This document shows positions 9,778 to 19,805 of a stretch of 64,000 nucleotides of DNA, in pieces; the first letter of the stretch is position 1, and each line of letters starts with the position of its first letter. The DNA is from an uncultured Clostridiaceae bacterium (GTDB lineage: Bacteria > Bacillota > Clostridia > TANB77 > CAG-465): assembly GCA_947381905.1 (NCBI GenBank), contig CANCXL010000008.1, positions 2,037 through 66,036 of the forward strand, given 5' to 3'. The position numbers were made by a program, and so were the translations under genes. Below the pieces are notes generated by a model. The model made no database searches and had not been told where the DNA came from. It saw only the letters and a list, made by a program, of their open reading frames with translations.

Positions 9778-10530
9778 TTATTGTATAAAGATATATGGAT
9801 TTAACTGACCACCTTTTTGAGTTTTTCTAACTTCAAAATGTAAATGATGTCCAGATAGATCTGTTATTTTTCCTGCATGACTTGGGTCACCGCCCTCATT
9901 TGCTATTGGTTGATTTTGTGTTACAAATTGTCCCATGGATACGTTTATTTTAGATAAATTCCCATAATAAGTATAAAGGTATTTATTGTTTATTTTGTGT
10001 TCGAGTATGATATAGTTTCCATGTTTTTTATCATATCCTATTTCACATACATTGCCGTTTGCAGCAGCATATATATTGTCACCATATTCATCACATGCTA
10101 TATCTATTCCTTTAGTGACAGCGTCAAAAACACCACATATTGCACCATCAGCAGGTGATACCATTGTTTTTCTGCAATCAGAGTAATATTCGATACCAGA
10201 CATATAGATAATAGACTCAAAAAAATTCATATCAGACATTACATTCTCATTTATTTGAGCATAGTATACACGTTTTTCTTCAAGTATGTTCTTAATATAT
10301 GTAATAGGCTTAATCCAATATAGGGCAGCAGCTATAATTAAAATAAATATTATTTTTCTATTTAATTTAAATGGTTTAGTATTAGCTATCTTTAAATTAA
10401 GTTTTAAATTAAATTTTCTTACTTTAAATTTATTTTGTTTTCTTTTTTTACTTTTTATTACTTCTTTTTGCGTATTCGATATTAAATTTTGTTCTTCAAA
10501 TGTTCCTATGTATTTTATTTCGTCATTCAT
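9778..10530 (-). CDS. M23 family metallopeptidase, membrane anchored
   Basis: HxxxD-type region plus the C-terminal HLHFEV motif characteristic of M23/LytM; one TM helix. Confidence 0.8.
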   Translation of the reverse strand: MNDEIKYIGTFEEQNLISNTQKEVIKSKKRKQNKFKVRKFNLKLNLKIANTKPFKLNRKIIFILIIAAALYWIKPITYIKNILEEKRVYYAQINENVMSDMNFFESIIYMSGIEYYSDCRKTMVSPADGAICGVFDAVTKGIDIACDEYGDNIYAAANGNVCEIGYDKKHGNYIILEHKINNKYLYTYYGNLSKINVSMGQFVTQNQPIANEGGDPSHAGKITDLSGHHLHFEVRKTQKGGQLNPYIFIQ

Positions 10531-10531
10531 A

Positions 10532-11164
10532 TTAATCCACTACATTTATACCTAAAAGTTTAATAAAGCAAAGGCTTTGTTCACTTGTAAGTATAACTCC
10601 TTTTAAATCTTTTGGAAAAATTATTATTCTTGAAATATTACAGCTTCTAAGATCTAATCCAGATAGTTTGGTATTAGAAAAATTAGAGTAAGTAATATCA
10701 CAGTTAGAAAAATATATGTTTCTATGTGAGACTTCACTAAAATAGATGCTTCGCATTGGACAATTACTAAAACTAGTATTATTAATAGTAGAATTGTCTA
10801 AAATTGCATCATTTAATATACATTCATTAAATACTATGCTATCAAAATATGAATTATTAATTATCGTTCCAGAAAATTTACAATTATTAAATTCTACTCT
10901 TTTAAATGTTGACTTTTCAAAATTTACTCCTGTAAAATCGCAATTTTCAAATGTAGAATCGCAGATGTCAATTTTAGGTAATGATGACCCAATAAAAGAT
11001 ACATTTTTAAATTTAGAATTTTCAATTTGAAGTTCATCTAAACTAAAATTTTGTAAAAGGTCATCAGTAATGCTAAAGCCTTTAATTTGATCATGATTTT
11101 CTAGAAAAAATTCCAGTTCATATAATATATCTAATGAATTTGAAGTTCTTGGTTTAGAAATCAT
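10532..11164 (-). CDS. Pentapeptide-repeat protein
   Basis: Long run of A(D/N)LxF-like 5-residue repeats (CDFTGVNFEKSTFKRVEFNNCKFSG...). Confidence 0.75.
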   Translation of the reverse strand: MISKPRTSNSLDILYELEFFLENHDQIKGFSITDDLLQNFSLDELQIENSKFKNVSFIGSSLPKIDICDSTFENCDFTGVNFEKSTFKRVEFNNCKFSGTIINNSYFDSIVFNECILNDAILDNSTINNTSFSNCPMRSIYFSEVSHRNIYFSNCDITYSNFSNTKLSGLDLRSCNISRIIIFPKDLKGVILTSEQSLCFIKLLGINVVD

Positions 11165-11306
11165 AAATATTCTCCTTATAATACTATAGTATATAAATTT
11201 TTTTCGTGTTTGTCAATTAATTTGAAATTATTTGACAATTATGTAGAATTATAATATTATTTAGTATATAATCATATAAAAGTAATCTATATTTTAGGGG
11301 GAAAAT

Positions 11307-12188
11307 ATGGAAATCAATCAAAAGATTGATAGAGTGCTTACACCAGAACAAAAAATAAAATTTCAAAGAGACAATGGAAAATTTAAAATATTAAATAACA
11401 TTGTCATTTTACCAATACTTACTGCTATTTTGGGTGTTTATTTAGAATCAATTGCAATAGTTAGTATAAGTATAATTGGAATAATACTATTTTTAGTTTT
11501 AAAAATAACATCATTTACTAGAAAAAATGTTATTTTTGATGAAGTTATAGTACCAAAGGCATTAGGTGAAGTTTTTGAAAATGTTAAGTATATAAAAAAA
11601 GATGATGCTGTTGAAGAACATTTTAAAGATTCTGGGTTAGTACCTATCTATAATAAATTTAAGATGTATAATAGTTATATAGTTTGTGAAGATAAATATA
11701 ATATTAATCTTTCTAAAGTGTCAACAAAAAGAATGCATGAAGAAGAAAATGATGGAGTAGTGGATAAATATTATGAGGATAACTTTAATGGTATTTTTGC
11801 ATATATTAAATTACCATCAAAATCATTAACTAATTTTAGAGCTATAGAAAAAGGAATAGTAGAGTCACAAGAAGATATTGTAAAGATAACTAATATGGAA
11901 TTTGATTACTGCTATGATGTTTTGTCTAGCGAGCCAGTTGAGGTAAGAGGAATACTATCGCCTGCAGTAATGGCAAGGATAATCGAATTTAATAGTAAAA
12001 TTGGACTTACTATAAGTTTTGCTATAAAAGACGACATGCTATATTTATCTGTAAATTATAATGAATTTTTAGATTTTAGAGGAAAAGGTAAAAAGTATAT
12101 CAATGAAGAAAACTTCATAGATAATCTAAAAGTACTAGAAGTTATACAGATGTATGTAAGATATTTTGTAAATATGTATGATAATTAA
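11307..12188 (+). CDS. Hypothetical 2-TM membrane protein (possibly DUF3137-like)
   Basis: Long ORF with a GGGGG/AAAATATG RBS region and two N-terminal TM helices. The family assignment is from memory only. Confidence 0.45.
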   Translation: MEINQKIDRVLTPEQKIKFQRDNGKFKILNNIVILPILTAILGVYLESIAIVSISIIGIILFLVLKITSFTRKNVIFDEVIVPKALGEVFENVKYIKKDDAVEEHFKDSGLVPIYNKFKMYNSYIVCEDKYNINLSKVSTKRMHEEENDGVVDKYYEDNFNGIFAYIKLPSKSLTNFRAIEKGIVESQEDIVKITNMEFDYCYDVLSSEPVEVRGILSPAVMARIIEFNSKIGLTISFAIKDDMLYLSVNYNEFLDFRGKGKKYINEENFIDNLKVLEVIQMYVRYFVNMYDN

Positions 12189-12191
12189 AAA

Positions 12192-12226
12192 AGCTATTAG
12201 ATAACTAATATCTAATAGCTTTTTTA
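12192..12226. terminator. Bidirectional terminator
   Basis: AGCTATTAGAT (12192-12202) pairs with ATCTAATAGCT (12210-12220), flanked by an A-run and a T-run. Confidence 0.75.
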
Positions 12227-12251
12227 TATTTTAATTACTAGTCAAAATTTA

Positions 12252-12827
12252 CTAATTTGCTTTAGGGTTTTTCTTTTTAAAAGAAAATATTCCTAAAATT
12301 TTAGTAAATATGTCTACTATTTGTTCGCTATGTTTTTGAGCAATTAATTTGCATTTTGCTTTACCACCTATAGTTAAAGCTGCAACTAATGCACTTATGA
12401 TTACAGATAAGTCAAAATTTAGTCCATAATTTGTAGTAATTTTCATAGCTACTATTGTACCTATACCACCACTTAAAATACCACATACGTCACCAATAAC
12501 GTCGGCGCATATGCTAGAAACTTTTGGTGCATTACGTATTAATTTTATTGAAGTTTTAGCACCATCAATTTTTTTACTTGCTTTAGCATGGAAATTCTTT
12601 TCATCTGCTATTGTGACTGACATCGAAACCATATCGAATATAATACCAAGTCCTACAACAATTAATAGGATAAGGATTGCTACTGGTACAGGTAAGTTGT
12701 TTACAGTCATAGTTGTGATAAAAGAAAACACTATCGATAATGTAAATGATAACAATGACACTGTTATAAGCCATTTACTCGACGAGTCTTTTTCTTTATC
12801 TGTTGTTTTGGAATCTTTCGATTTCAT
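12252..12827 (-). CDS. oapA: Small 4-TM membrane protein, candidate OLE-associated protein OapA
   Basis: 191 aa with about four predicted TM helices. It lies immediately downstream, on the same strand and with no intervening terminator, of a structured non-coding region of about 610 nt. AAGGAGA RBS. Confidence 0.5.
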   Translation of the reverse strand: MKSKDSKTTDKEKDSSSKWLITVSLLSFTLSIVFSFITTMTVNNLPVPVAILILLIVVGLGIIFDMVSMSVTIADEKNFHAKASKKIDGAKTSIKLIRNAPKVSSICADVIGDVCGILSGGIGTIVAMKITTNYGLNFDLSVIISALVAALTIGGKAKCKLIAQKHSEQIVDIFTKILGIFSFKKKNPKAN

Positions 12828-12849
12828 TTTATATTTTATCTCTCCTTAA

Positions 12850-13461
12850 TGTAATATACAATTAAAGATGGTGATTTTTTAAGTAAACACTATGGTTTAG
12901 GTCCAGTAGAATTTCTCTGTTTTCTACTAAACATTGCTGCTTAGCCGTTTCCATTTAAAGAAAACACTATTTAGTCACCTAAAAATAGAACTGGATCGCC
13001 ACTTAAGTCCATACTTTAATCCTTAAAAAATCTTATTCTTTAACAGAACAAACATTCTAGAAGTTTTCCTTTGGTGTGCACTTATACAATTATTAGTCTC
13101 TTTTGCAGTAATAATTTCATTACCAGATAAAAAATATATATGGCCCTACACATTTTTTATCTTTTTAGCGGGTAAATCCCAATATTACCACTCAAGACAG
13201 GCTACACTACATATCGTGTCTTGGCACTTTATGTAGGTTTATACCGAACAATACTATCATTATATTTAGAATCATTCAGCCTCAGCGAAAATAGGATTCA
13301 AATTATATGCCGTTATAACTCTATCCTAAATTCTTTACTCCCTGAACACACGCAAAACTGGGCGTTTCGCGCACGGACAAGAAACTTCATCGGTGTGCCT
13401 TTTAGTGGATTTTTAGCCCCACCCTCATAAAAGTTAGCGCAACTAGAATAATGCACCATCG
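12850..13461 (-). ncRNA. ole: Large structured non-coding RNA, candidate OLE (ornate, large, extremophilic) RNA
   Basis: About 610 nt with no credible ORF and visibly higher G+C than the flanks. It contains many local stems, e.g. CAAGACA/TGTCTTG, CTACAT/ATGTAG, GAATC/GATTC, AGGAT/ATCCT, GCG-CGAAA-CGC. It has its own promoter and reads into the 4-TM gene. Confidence 0.5.
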
Positions 13462-13467
13462 ATATTT

Positions 13468-13496
13468 ATTATAACATAGTTTAATAAAAAATGCAA
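13468..13496 (-). promoter_or_regulatory. Sigma-A type promoter for the large ncRNA / oapA transcript
   Basis: On the minus strand: TTGCAT (13496-13491), 17 nt, TATAAT (13473-13468). Confidence 0.55.
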
Positions 13497-13614
13497 GAAT
13501 CATTATTAAAATTGATTTACATAATTCTACAAATGTAATCAAAAAATAACAAAAAATATGTTTTATTAAGTTTTTTGTTGTGATATAATTGTCGTATAAA
13601 TTTGAGGTGGTTAT

Positions 13615-14598
13615 ATGGCAAGAAAAGAAAAACGTAATACGAGTTCTATTACTCAAATAATATTAGGAATCATAGTACTTGCAATTATATTTATAGTTGG
13701 AAATAATTTTGATTTAGACCTTTTAAAAAATTTAACAAATGACGTAGAAAGTAATGCATTAGAAAATGTAGATAGAAAACAGCAAAATAATGAGGTAACA
13801 AATGTAGATGGAAATCTAATTATAGATTACATAAATGTAGGACAAGGAGATAGTATATTAATTAGACAAGGAGAGCATGCAATGCTTATTGATGGTGGAA
13901 CAACAGAGTGTAAAGAGGAATTGCTTGAATGTCTTAAATCTAAGAATATAACAAAGTTTGATTATATAATAGGAACTCATCCTCATGAAGATCATATAGG
14001 AAGCTTAGATGATGTTGTAAATGAGTTTGAGTTTGATACAATATTTTTTCCAGATGTATCATCTGCAAGAGTTACTACAAAAACATTTGAAAACTTAGTT
14101 TTAGCAGTAGCAAATAAAAATATGAAATTTACTACACCAGTATCTGGTAAAGAATATAGTTTAGGTGAGGCAAAATTTAATATACTTGCACCAAGTTCTA
14201 CAAGTTATCAATCACTAAATAATTATTCAATAGTAATTAAGCTAAATTATGGAGAAAATTCGTTTATATTTACAGGGGATGCAGAGACATTGTCTGAGAC
14301 AGAAATACTAAATTCATATGATGATATACATGCTGATGTATTAAAGCTTGGACATCATGGCTCAACAACATCTTCATCTAAAAAATTTTTAAATGCAGTA
14401 TCTCCTAAATATGCTGTAATAAGTGTTGGAAAAGATAACACATACAACCATCCAACAAAAACTACTATGGATAAGATGCTTGAATTAAATATACCTGTTT
14501 ATAGAACAGATGAGCTTGGAACAATAGAATGTATAAGTGATGGTAAGAATATTACTTTTAATACAAGTCCAGGAAGCTATGATTATATGGGAGATTAG
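13615..14598 (+). CDS. ComEC/Rec2-related metallo-beta-lactamase domain protein, membrane anchored
   Basis: INVGQGDSILI, GTHPHEDHIG and LKLGHHGS motifs (MBL fold of the ComEC C-domain type). Confidence 0.8.
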   Translation: MARKEKRNTSSITQIILGIIVLAIIFIVGNNFDLDLLKNLTNDVESNALENVDRKQQNNEVTNVDGNLIIDYINVGQGDSILIRQGEHAMLIDGGTTECKEELLECLKSKNITKFDYIIGTHPHEDHIGSLDDVVNEFEFDTIFFPDVSSARVTTKTFENLVLAVANKNMKFTTPVSGKEYSLGEAKFNILAPSSTSYQSLNNYSIVIKLNYGENSFIFTGDAETLSETEILNSYDDIHADVLKLGHHGSTTSSSKKFLNAVSPKYAVISVGKDNTYNHPTKTTMDKMLELNIPVYRTDELGTIECISDGKNITFNTSPGSYDYMGD

Positions 14599-14607
14599 GA
14601 GAAAGAT

Positions 14608-14832
14608 ATGCAAGTAGTAGTAGATAGAATTGAGAACAATATTGTTGTACTTGAAGTAGATGGAAAAATTGTTAATGTAAATATAGATAAAGTAGAAGGT
14701 GAAATTTGCGAAGGAGACGTTGTAGATATTGAATATCTAGATGATGAGATTGTAAAAGTTAAAGTAAATAAAGATAAAACAAAATCTCGTCAAGAATATA
14801 TGTCAGATTTAATAAAAGGTATGTGGCAATAA
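14608..14832 (+). CDS. DUF3006-like small protein
   Basis: 74 aa starting VVDRIENNIVVLEV. It follows the ComEC-type MBL gene, which is the usual pairing. Confidence 0.55.
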   Translation: MQVVVDRIENNIVVLEVDGKIVNVNIDKVEGEICEGDVVDIEYLDDEIVKVKVNKDKTKSRQEYMSDLIKGMWQ

Positions 14833-14879
14833 TAAAAGAATAGAATTAAACATAAATATACATAATAGGAGGTATATTT

Positions 14880-15569
14880 ATGTTTTTTTCGTTATTTATA
14901 GAGATAATTTCAAAATTTTTTGGGCTTTTTGGATATATATCATCAGATAAACTATATCCAGAACCATTGAGTAAAACAGAAGAGGAATACTATTTAAGAA
15001 GGTATTTTAATGGAGATAAAGAGGCAAGAAAGATTTTAATAGAACATAACCTAAGATTAGTTGTGCATATTGCTAAAAAATATGTACAAACAGAACAAGA
15101 ATTAGAAGACTACACATCTATAGGTACAATAGGACTTATAAAAGCAATAGACAGTTATAAAGAAAATAAGGGATATAAAATAAGTACCTATGCTTCAAGA
15201 TGTATCGAAAATGAAATATTAATGCATATTAGGAGTACTAAAAAGCAAAAATCTGAAGTATCAATAAATCAAGTAATAGGCACAGATAAAGATGGAAATG
15301 ATATGGAACTAATAGATACTTTAGAACTTAAAGAACAAGATGCTGTAGAAAATATATATAATAAAACACTTCTATCTCAAGTATTAGATTTTTTAGATTC
15401 TAAATTAAATAAAAGAGAAAAATATATTATGAATAAAAGATATGGACTAGATGGTAATGAACCTAAAACTCAGCAAGATTTAGCAGATGAACTTGGAATA
15501 TCAAGGTCATATGTATCAAGAATAGAAACTAAAATACAAAGAATGCTTGGGAAAAATATAAATGTATAA
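14880..15569 (+). CDS. sigK: Sporulation sigma factor sigma-K (pro-sigma-K), uninterrupted
   Basis: Hydrophobic pro-sequence followed by YPEPLS, LIEHNLRLVVHIAKKY, TYASRCIENEILMHIR and ISRSYVSRIE. This is closer to SigK than to SigE signatures. Confidence 0.85.
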   Translation: MFFSLFIEIISKFFGLFGYISSDKLYPEPLSKTEEEYYLRRYFNGDKEARKILIEHNLRLVVHIAKKYVQTEQELEDYTSIGTIGLIKAIDSYKENKGYKISTYASRCIENEILMHIRSTKKQKSEVSINQVIGTDKDGNDMELIDTLELKEQDAVENIYNKTLLSQVLDFLDSKLNKREKYIMNKRYGLDGNEPKTQQDLADELGISRSYVSRIETKIQRMLGKNINV

Positions 15570-15684
15570 TTTTATAATATAGTTGTGGATTGTGGTTATA
15601 AAGTAAAATGAATATTTTGCAAAAACATGATTGTAATAATACAAAGTGTGTGCTAAAATATACTGGGTAAAATGAGGTAGAAAA

Positions 15685-16656
15685 ATGACAAATGAAAAAT
15701 TAAAAAATATAAAAAAAGTTGAACTTCATCTTCATCTAGATGGCTCAATAACTAAAGAGTATGTTAAAAATAAATATAAATTAAGTAACGAAGAAATAAG
15801 TAATAAAATGGTTGCAAGTGAGAAATGCAAAAATTTAAATGACTATTTAGAATGCTTTGATTTTCCAATAAGCATAATGCAGACAGAACAAGAGCTAAAA
15901 GAAATTACAATAAATTTGCTTAATAATCTAAAGTCACAAAATGTGATTTATGCAGAGATAAGGTTTGCACCACAATTTCATACTAAAAAAGGACTTACTC
16001 AAGAAGATGTATTAAAAGCAGTTCTTAGTGCAAAAGATTGCGTTGATATTAAATCTAATTTTATTCTTTGTGTAATGCGTGGAAAAGATAATATGGATGA
16101 AAATTATGAGACTGTTAATCTTGCTAAAAAATATTTAGGAAAAGGTGTATGTGCAATAGATTTGGCTGGTGCAGAAGCTATATTTAAGACTTCAGAGTAT
16201 CATGAAATATTTGAATATGCAAAAAAACTAGATGTTCCGTTTACAATACATGCAGGAGAAGCTGATGGACCAAAAAGTATTAAAGATTCAATTTCATATG
16301 GAGCCAAAAGAATAGGACATGGAGTAAGAGCTATAGAAGATGATATACTTTTACAAGAAATTATCAAAGAAGGCATATATTTGGAGGTATGTCCTACAAG
16401 CAATATACAAACATGCATTTGTGATACATATTCTACTCATCCAATAGAAAAGTTATATAGAATGGGCGTTAAAACAACAATTAACACAGATAATATGACA
16501 GTTTCTAATACAACACTTGAAAATGAGTATGAAAAATTATTAGAAGAAACTAATTTAGAAATAGAAGATATTATTAATATGAATATTAATTCTATAAATG
16601 CTGCTTTTATTTCTAATCAAGAAAAGGAAAAATTAATGGAGGAAATAAAAAAGTGA
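15685..16656 (+). CDS. add: Adenosine deaminase
   Basis: ELHLHLDGS, HAGE and TINTDN motifs. Confidence 0.9.
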   Translation: MTNEKLKNIKKVELHLHLDGSITKEYVKNKYKLSNEEISNKMVASEKCKNLNDYLECFDFPISIMQTEQELKEITINLLNNLKSQNVIYAEIRFAPQFHTKKGLTQEDVLKAVLSAKDCVDIKSNFILCVMRGKDNMDENYETVNLAKKYLGKGVCAIDLAGAEAIFKTSEYHEIFEYAKKLDVPFTIHAGEADGPKSIKDSISYGAKRIGHGVRAIEDDILLQEIIKEGIYLEVCPTSNIQTCICDTYSTHPIEKLYRMGVKTTINTDNMTVSNTTLENEYEKLLEETNLEIEDIINMNINSINAAFISNQEKEKLMEEIKK

Positions 16657-17252
16657 GAACAAATAATTACTTGGGAAAACATGATGAAAACAGAGGAATT
16701 GTTCTTTTTGTAGTAGTACTAATTATTTTAGCAATAATATTTGGTGTAGTTATACTTTTAAATTCAAAAGAAGACGAGGATATAGGAGTGTCTAAAGCAG
16801 ATAATATTGCATCAATAGTTGAAAAAAAACAAGCAGATATTAGTAAAATGAATATAGATGATAACAAATTAATTCTAGAAGGAGAAATAAAAAACGCCAT
16901 ATCAGGCAATTTAATTATTAAACTTCAAAATGTTGAAATTGTTCTAAAAAATAAAGATGGAGATAAATATGTATTTAGTACAGATTATTTTATCTCATCT
17001 GAAAAAATAGAATTTTCATCTATAATGGAAGATAAAAAAGAAAGCGAGATTGATTTAGATAGTATTGAAAAAGGAGAATATTTTGTATTACTTAGACTAA
17101 AAACTGAAAGTGCAAATGATGAAAAGGGATACAAATATAGATATTATACATTAAATAATTTAACTGATAATGGAAACATAGAACATAATAATATAAAAAT
17201 ATACTTTGATAAATCAAAACTTGTATCTAGTTATTTAACTATCGAAAAATAA
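16653..17252 (+). CDS. Hypothetical membrane-anchored protein
   Basis: GTG start overlaps the add stop; one TM helix; no motif recognised. Confidence 0.45.
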   Translation: MRTNNYLGKHDENRGIVLFVVVLIILAIIFGVVILLNSKEDEDIGVSKADNIASIVEKKQADISKMNIDDNKLILEGEIKNAISGNLIIKLQNVEIVLKNKDGDKYVFSTDYFISSEKIEFSSIMEDKKESEIDLDSIEKGEYFVLLRLKTESANDEKGYKYRYYTLNNLTDNGNIEHNNIKIYFDKSKLVSSYLTIEK

Positions 17253-17253
17253 A

Positions 17254-17290
17254 AAATAGTCTTAAACATATATGTTTAAGACTATTTTTC
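17254..17290. terminator. Bidirectional terminator
   Basis: ATAGTCTTAAACATA / TATGTTTAAGACTAT palindrome flanked by A-runs and T-runs. Confidence 0.75.
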
Positions 17291-17718
17291 TAATCTAAAT
17301 CACTCAAAGAATAAATCTTTTTAGCTCTCATTAATGATGAATGGATTCCTTCTTTATAATTTTTTAGATAAGAAGTATTATCCCATTTTCCATCTTTATA
17401 AGTTGCAACTCTTGTTAAGTTAACTTTTTTGTTTTTAAAATCTAGATTATCTACTTTGTATATTGCAACAATAGAACCATCTATGTTATATGTAGCTTCT
17501 ATATATACACATTTTGAAGATATTCTTACTAAACTTTTTACCTTAGTGTAATTGTATAAGCTACGTATTATTCTTGTTAATTTTCCATTTGGAGAGCAAA
17601 CAGCTCCACATTCTCCATATCTAACATTTGGCCCTGCAAATCTTTGTGTTTGCACCCACATTGCAGGAAATCCTTTTTTTGTTACAGCCAATGTTCTTTG
17701 TAAATTTTCTTCCACCAT
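17290..17718 (-). CDS. Hypothetical protein (142 aa)
   Basis: ORF track gives 17290..17811. I prefer the ATG at 17718 because it is preceded by AAGGATGG. No domain recognised. Confidence 0.5.
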   Translation of the reverse strand: MVEENLQRTLAVTKKGFPAMWVQTQRFAGPNVRYGECGAVCSPNGKLTRIIRSLYNYTKVKSLVRISSKCVYIEATYNIDGSIVAIYKVDNLDFKNKKVNLTRVATYKDGKWDNTSYLKNYKEGIHSSLMRAKKIYSLSDLD

Positions 17719-17873
17719 GATTATTACCATCCTTAATAACAAAATTATAACATATTGTCTTTGTAAAGTCAAAAAAATAATTTTAAGAAATTTGTAAAAA
17801 AATATATACATATAATTCTTTTTTTGTTATAATTTTAGTTGAATTCTCAAAAGGAATTTATAGGAGGGAAAAC

Positions 17874-18320
17874 ATGCAGCTTAAGAAGAGCTTTACTGAG
17901 GATATAGAAAGAATATGCAGAGCTGCGGAAGATTATGTAGTTGAAGGAAATAGCGTTGATGCTTATAGAAAATATAAAGAGGCATTAGACATTATTCCTG
18001 AACCTAAAACATCTTACGAAACTGCAACTTGGATATTTGTATCAATTGGTGATTTATATTTTAAAAATGGTCAATATGATAAAGCTAGAAACTATTTTTT
18101 AGAAGCTAAAAATTGTCCTAATGGTGTAAGTAATCCATATGTTTTGTTTAGACTTGGACAGACACTTGTTGAAACAAATGAAAATAGTAAAGCAGAAGAG
18201 TTTTTGTTAAGGGCATATATGCTTGTTGGCGAAGATATTTTCTGGGATGAGGATGAAAAATACTATAATGTTATTAAAGAAATGATAAAAACTGATGAAA
18301 ATGATGGTGGCATTTATTGA
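17874..18320 (+). CDS. TPR-like helical protein
   Basis: GGAGGG RBS and TPR-like A/Y/G spacing (GDLYFKNGQYDKARNYFLEA). Confidence 0.5.
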   Translation: MQLKKSFTEDIERICRAAEDYVVEGNSVDAYRKYKEALDIIPEPKTSYETATWIFVSIGDLYFKNGQYDKARNYFLEAKNCPNGVSNPYVLFRLGQTLVETNENSKAEEFLLRAYMLVGEDIFWDEDEKYYNVIKEMIKTDENDGGIY

Positions 18321-18401
18321 TTTTTAAAATCAAATGTGCTACTATTTTTTTATATAATTTTGTATTAGCTTAAAAGTAAATATTTTTAAGGAGGTATAGA
18401 A

Positions 18402-18668
18402 ATGATTATTATTGTAGGTATTCTTATTTATTGTATATTACTAGTTATAAAAAGAATTCTTAAACCAAGAACATTTCCAAGAAGATGTGACTACAATTTA
18501 GAAAATAATTTATTATTTCTACTCATATGTGGAGCTTATGTTTCTTATAAAATTTTAATTGATCATGTTACAATTAATCAATTACGGAATAGAACTTTAC
18601 GCTCAGTTATACCAAATATTTTTATGTATATCTTATGGATTAATTTTAATATTAATGTTTGTATATAA
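18402..18668 (+). CDS. Small hydrophobic ORF overlapping a second-frame ORF (18559..18753); the gene model is uncertain
   Basis: GGAGG RBS before 18402. Two overlapping frames both encode hydrophobic peptides. Confidence 0.3.
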   Translation: MIIIVGILIYCILLVIKRILKPRTFPRRCDYNLENNLLFLLICGAYVSYKILIDHVTINQLRNRTLRSVIPNIFMYILWINFNINVCI

Positions 18669-18843
18669 AAATATTATATATATTTTAGCTACAATTTTTA
18701 TAGTAATTATAGTTATGATTTTATTTGATAAACTAAAGTCTAAGTTTAAATAGAATTGTTGCTATTTGACATAACATGTGGTATAATCATGAAACAACGT
18801 AGTTTTTTGTATACCAAAGAATAATTTTGGAGGAGGTATTCAT

Positions 18844-19125
18844 ATGATTATATGGTTAATACAAGTTATTATTTTGATTGTTTTGATGAAGTTTATTGCT
18901 GAGATTGGGCTTAGTGGATCTTGTACAATATTTGCAGTACTATATGTTATAGATGCAGTTATTACATCATTTACGCTTACGGGAATAATTACTGCTGTGA
19001 TTTCAGGTGTTATTGCTGGTGCTATAGCATATGTTATTGCTAAATTTTTCCTTTTTTTAGGAAGAATAGGATCTTTTTTAGTAGGCATATTATTTGTCTT
19101 AGCAATTCTTTCATTACTAGTATAA
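18844..19125 (+). CDS. Small polytopic membrane protein (93 aa)
   Basis: GGAGGAGG RBS, three hydrophobic helices, and a terminator hairpin at about 19127-19160. Confidence 0.55.
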   Translation: MIIWLIQVIILIVLMKFIAEIGLSGSCTIFAVLYVIDAVITSFTLTGIITAVISGVIAGAIAYVIAKFFLFLGRIGSFLVGILFVLAILSLLV

Positions 19126-19238
19126 AGTGGATAAACAAAGTGTTTGTCCACTTTTTCTTGTCGAAACTTTTGGTACGATTTTCTTTGACATTACAATACC
19201 TGGAGTATATAATTTAATTGTGCCTAGGAGGTGAGACA

Positions 19239-19805
19239 TTGCATATAAGGAGAGTACAGCTTTGTATATGTATTCTTGTAATTATTGTACTATTCATTTT
19301 TTATTCATATATTGTTTTAGATAAAGATATATCCCCTAAAAAAATAAATATTGAAAATCTAACAAAATTTAATTTATATTCAAATGATTTATTAATTCAA
19401 GAACAAGATTGGTTCATTTCAATTCCCAAAATAAATTTAGAAAAAGCAAAGATAAAAGAAAACATAGATAATGATATATTAGAAGACTATATTGGACATT
19501 TTCCTAGTAGTTCAATTTTAAACGGAAACGTTTGCTTAGCAGCACATAATAATGGTTTTAAAAATAATTATTTTAAAGATTTGATCAATTTAGAAGAAAA
19601 TGATGAGATTATATATAATTATTTAGGAAACTTAAAATCATATTATGTTAAAAATAAATATTATATTTCTGAAAATGATTTTGATATGATAAATATTGAT
19701 ACATATGACAAAATAACTCTAATTACTTGTGTTACTGGCTCACCTGAACTTAGGCTATGTGTAGAAGCATATAGTGGAAAGGAGAAAGATGAGAAAGTTG
19801 TATAA
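19239..19805 (+). CDS. Sortase (cysteine transpeptidase)
   Basis: TTG start 7 nt after AGGAGGTGA; N-terminal TM helix; conserved His (LAAHNNG) and TLITC active-site motif. Confidence 0.8.
   Translation: MHIRRVQLCICILVIIVLFIFYSYIVLDKDISPKKINIENLTKFNLYSNDLLIQEQDWFISIPKINLEKAKIKENIDNDILEDYIGHFPSSSILNGNVCLAAHNNGFKNNYFKDLINLEENDEIIYNYLGNLKSYYVKNKYYISENDFDMINIDTYDKITLITCVTGSPELRLCVEAYSGKEKDEKVV

Noticed and set aside
12850-13461. Alternative identities for the large RNA: group II intron, RNase P RNA, tmRNA or SRP RNA
   Set aside because: A GTGCG occurs near the 5' part, but I found no domain V-like sequence and no intron-encoded protein. I found no GGAAAGTCC-type RNase P core and no tmRNA tRNA-like end or tag ORF, and the region is too long for SRP or 6S RNA. 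The OLE-plus-OapA context fits better, though it is unproven without a covariance-model search.
13221-13656. Track ORFs 13221..13430 (+) and 13402..13656 (-) inside or next to the large non-coding region
   Set aside because: Neither has an RBS, and their amino-acid composition looks odd. They overlap each other on opposite strands, and the minus ORF runs through the ncRNA promoter and into the start of the comEC-like gene. I treat them as chance ORFs in a structured RNA locus.
14880-15569. skin-like intervening element in sigK
   Set aside because: The sigK ORF is continuous from the pro-sequence to region 4.2, so no insertion is present in this window.
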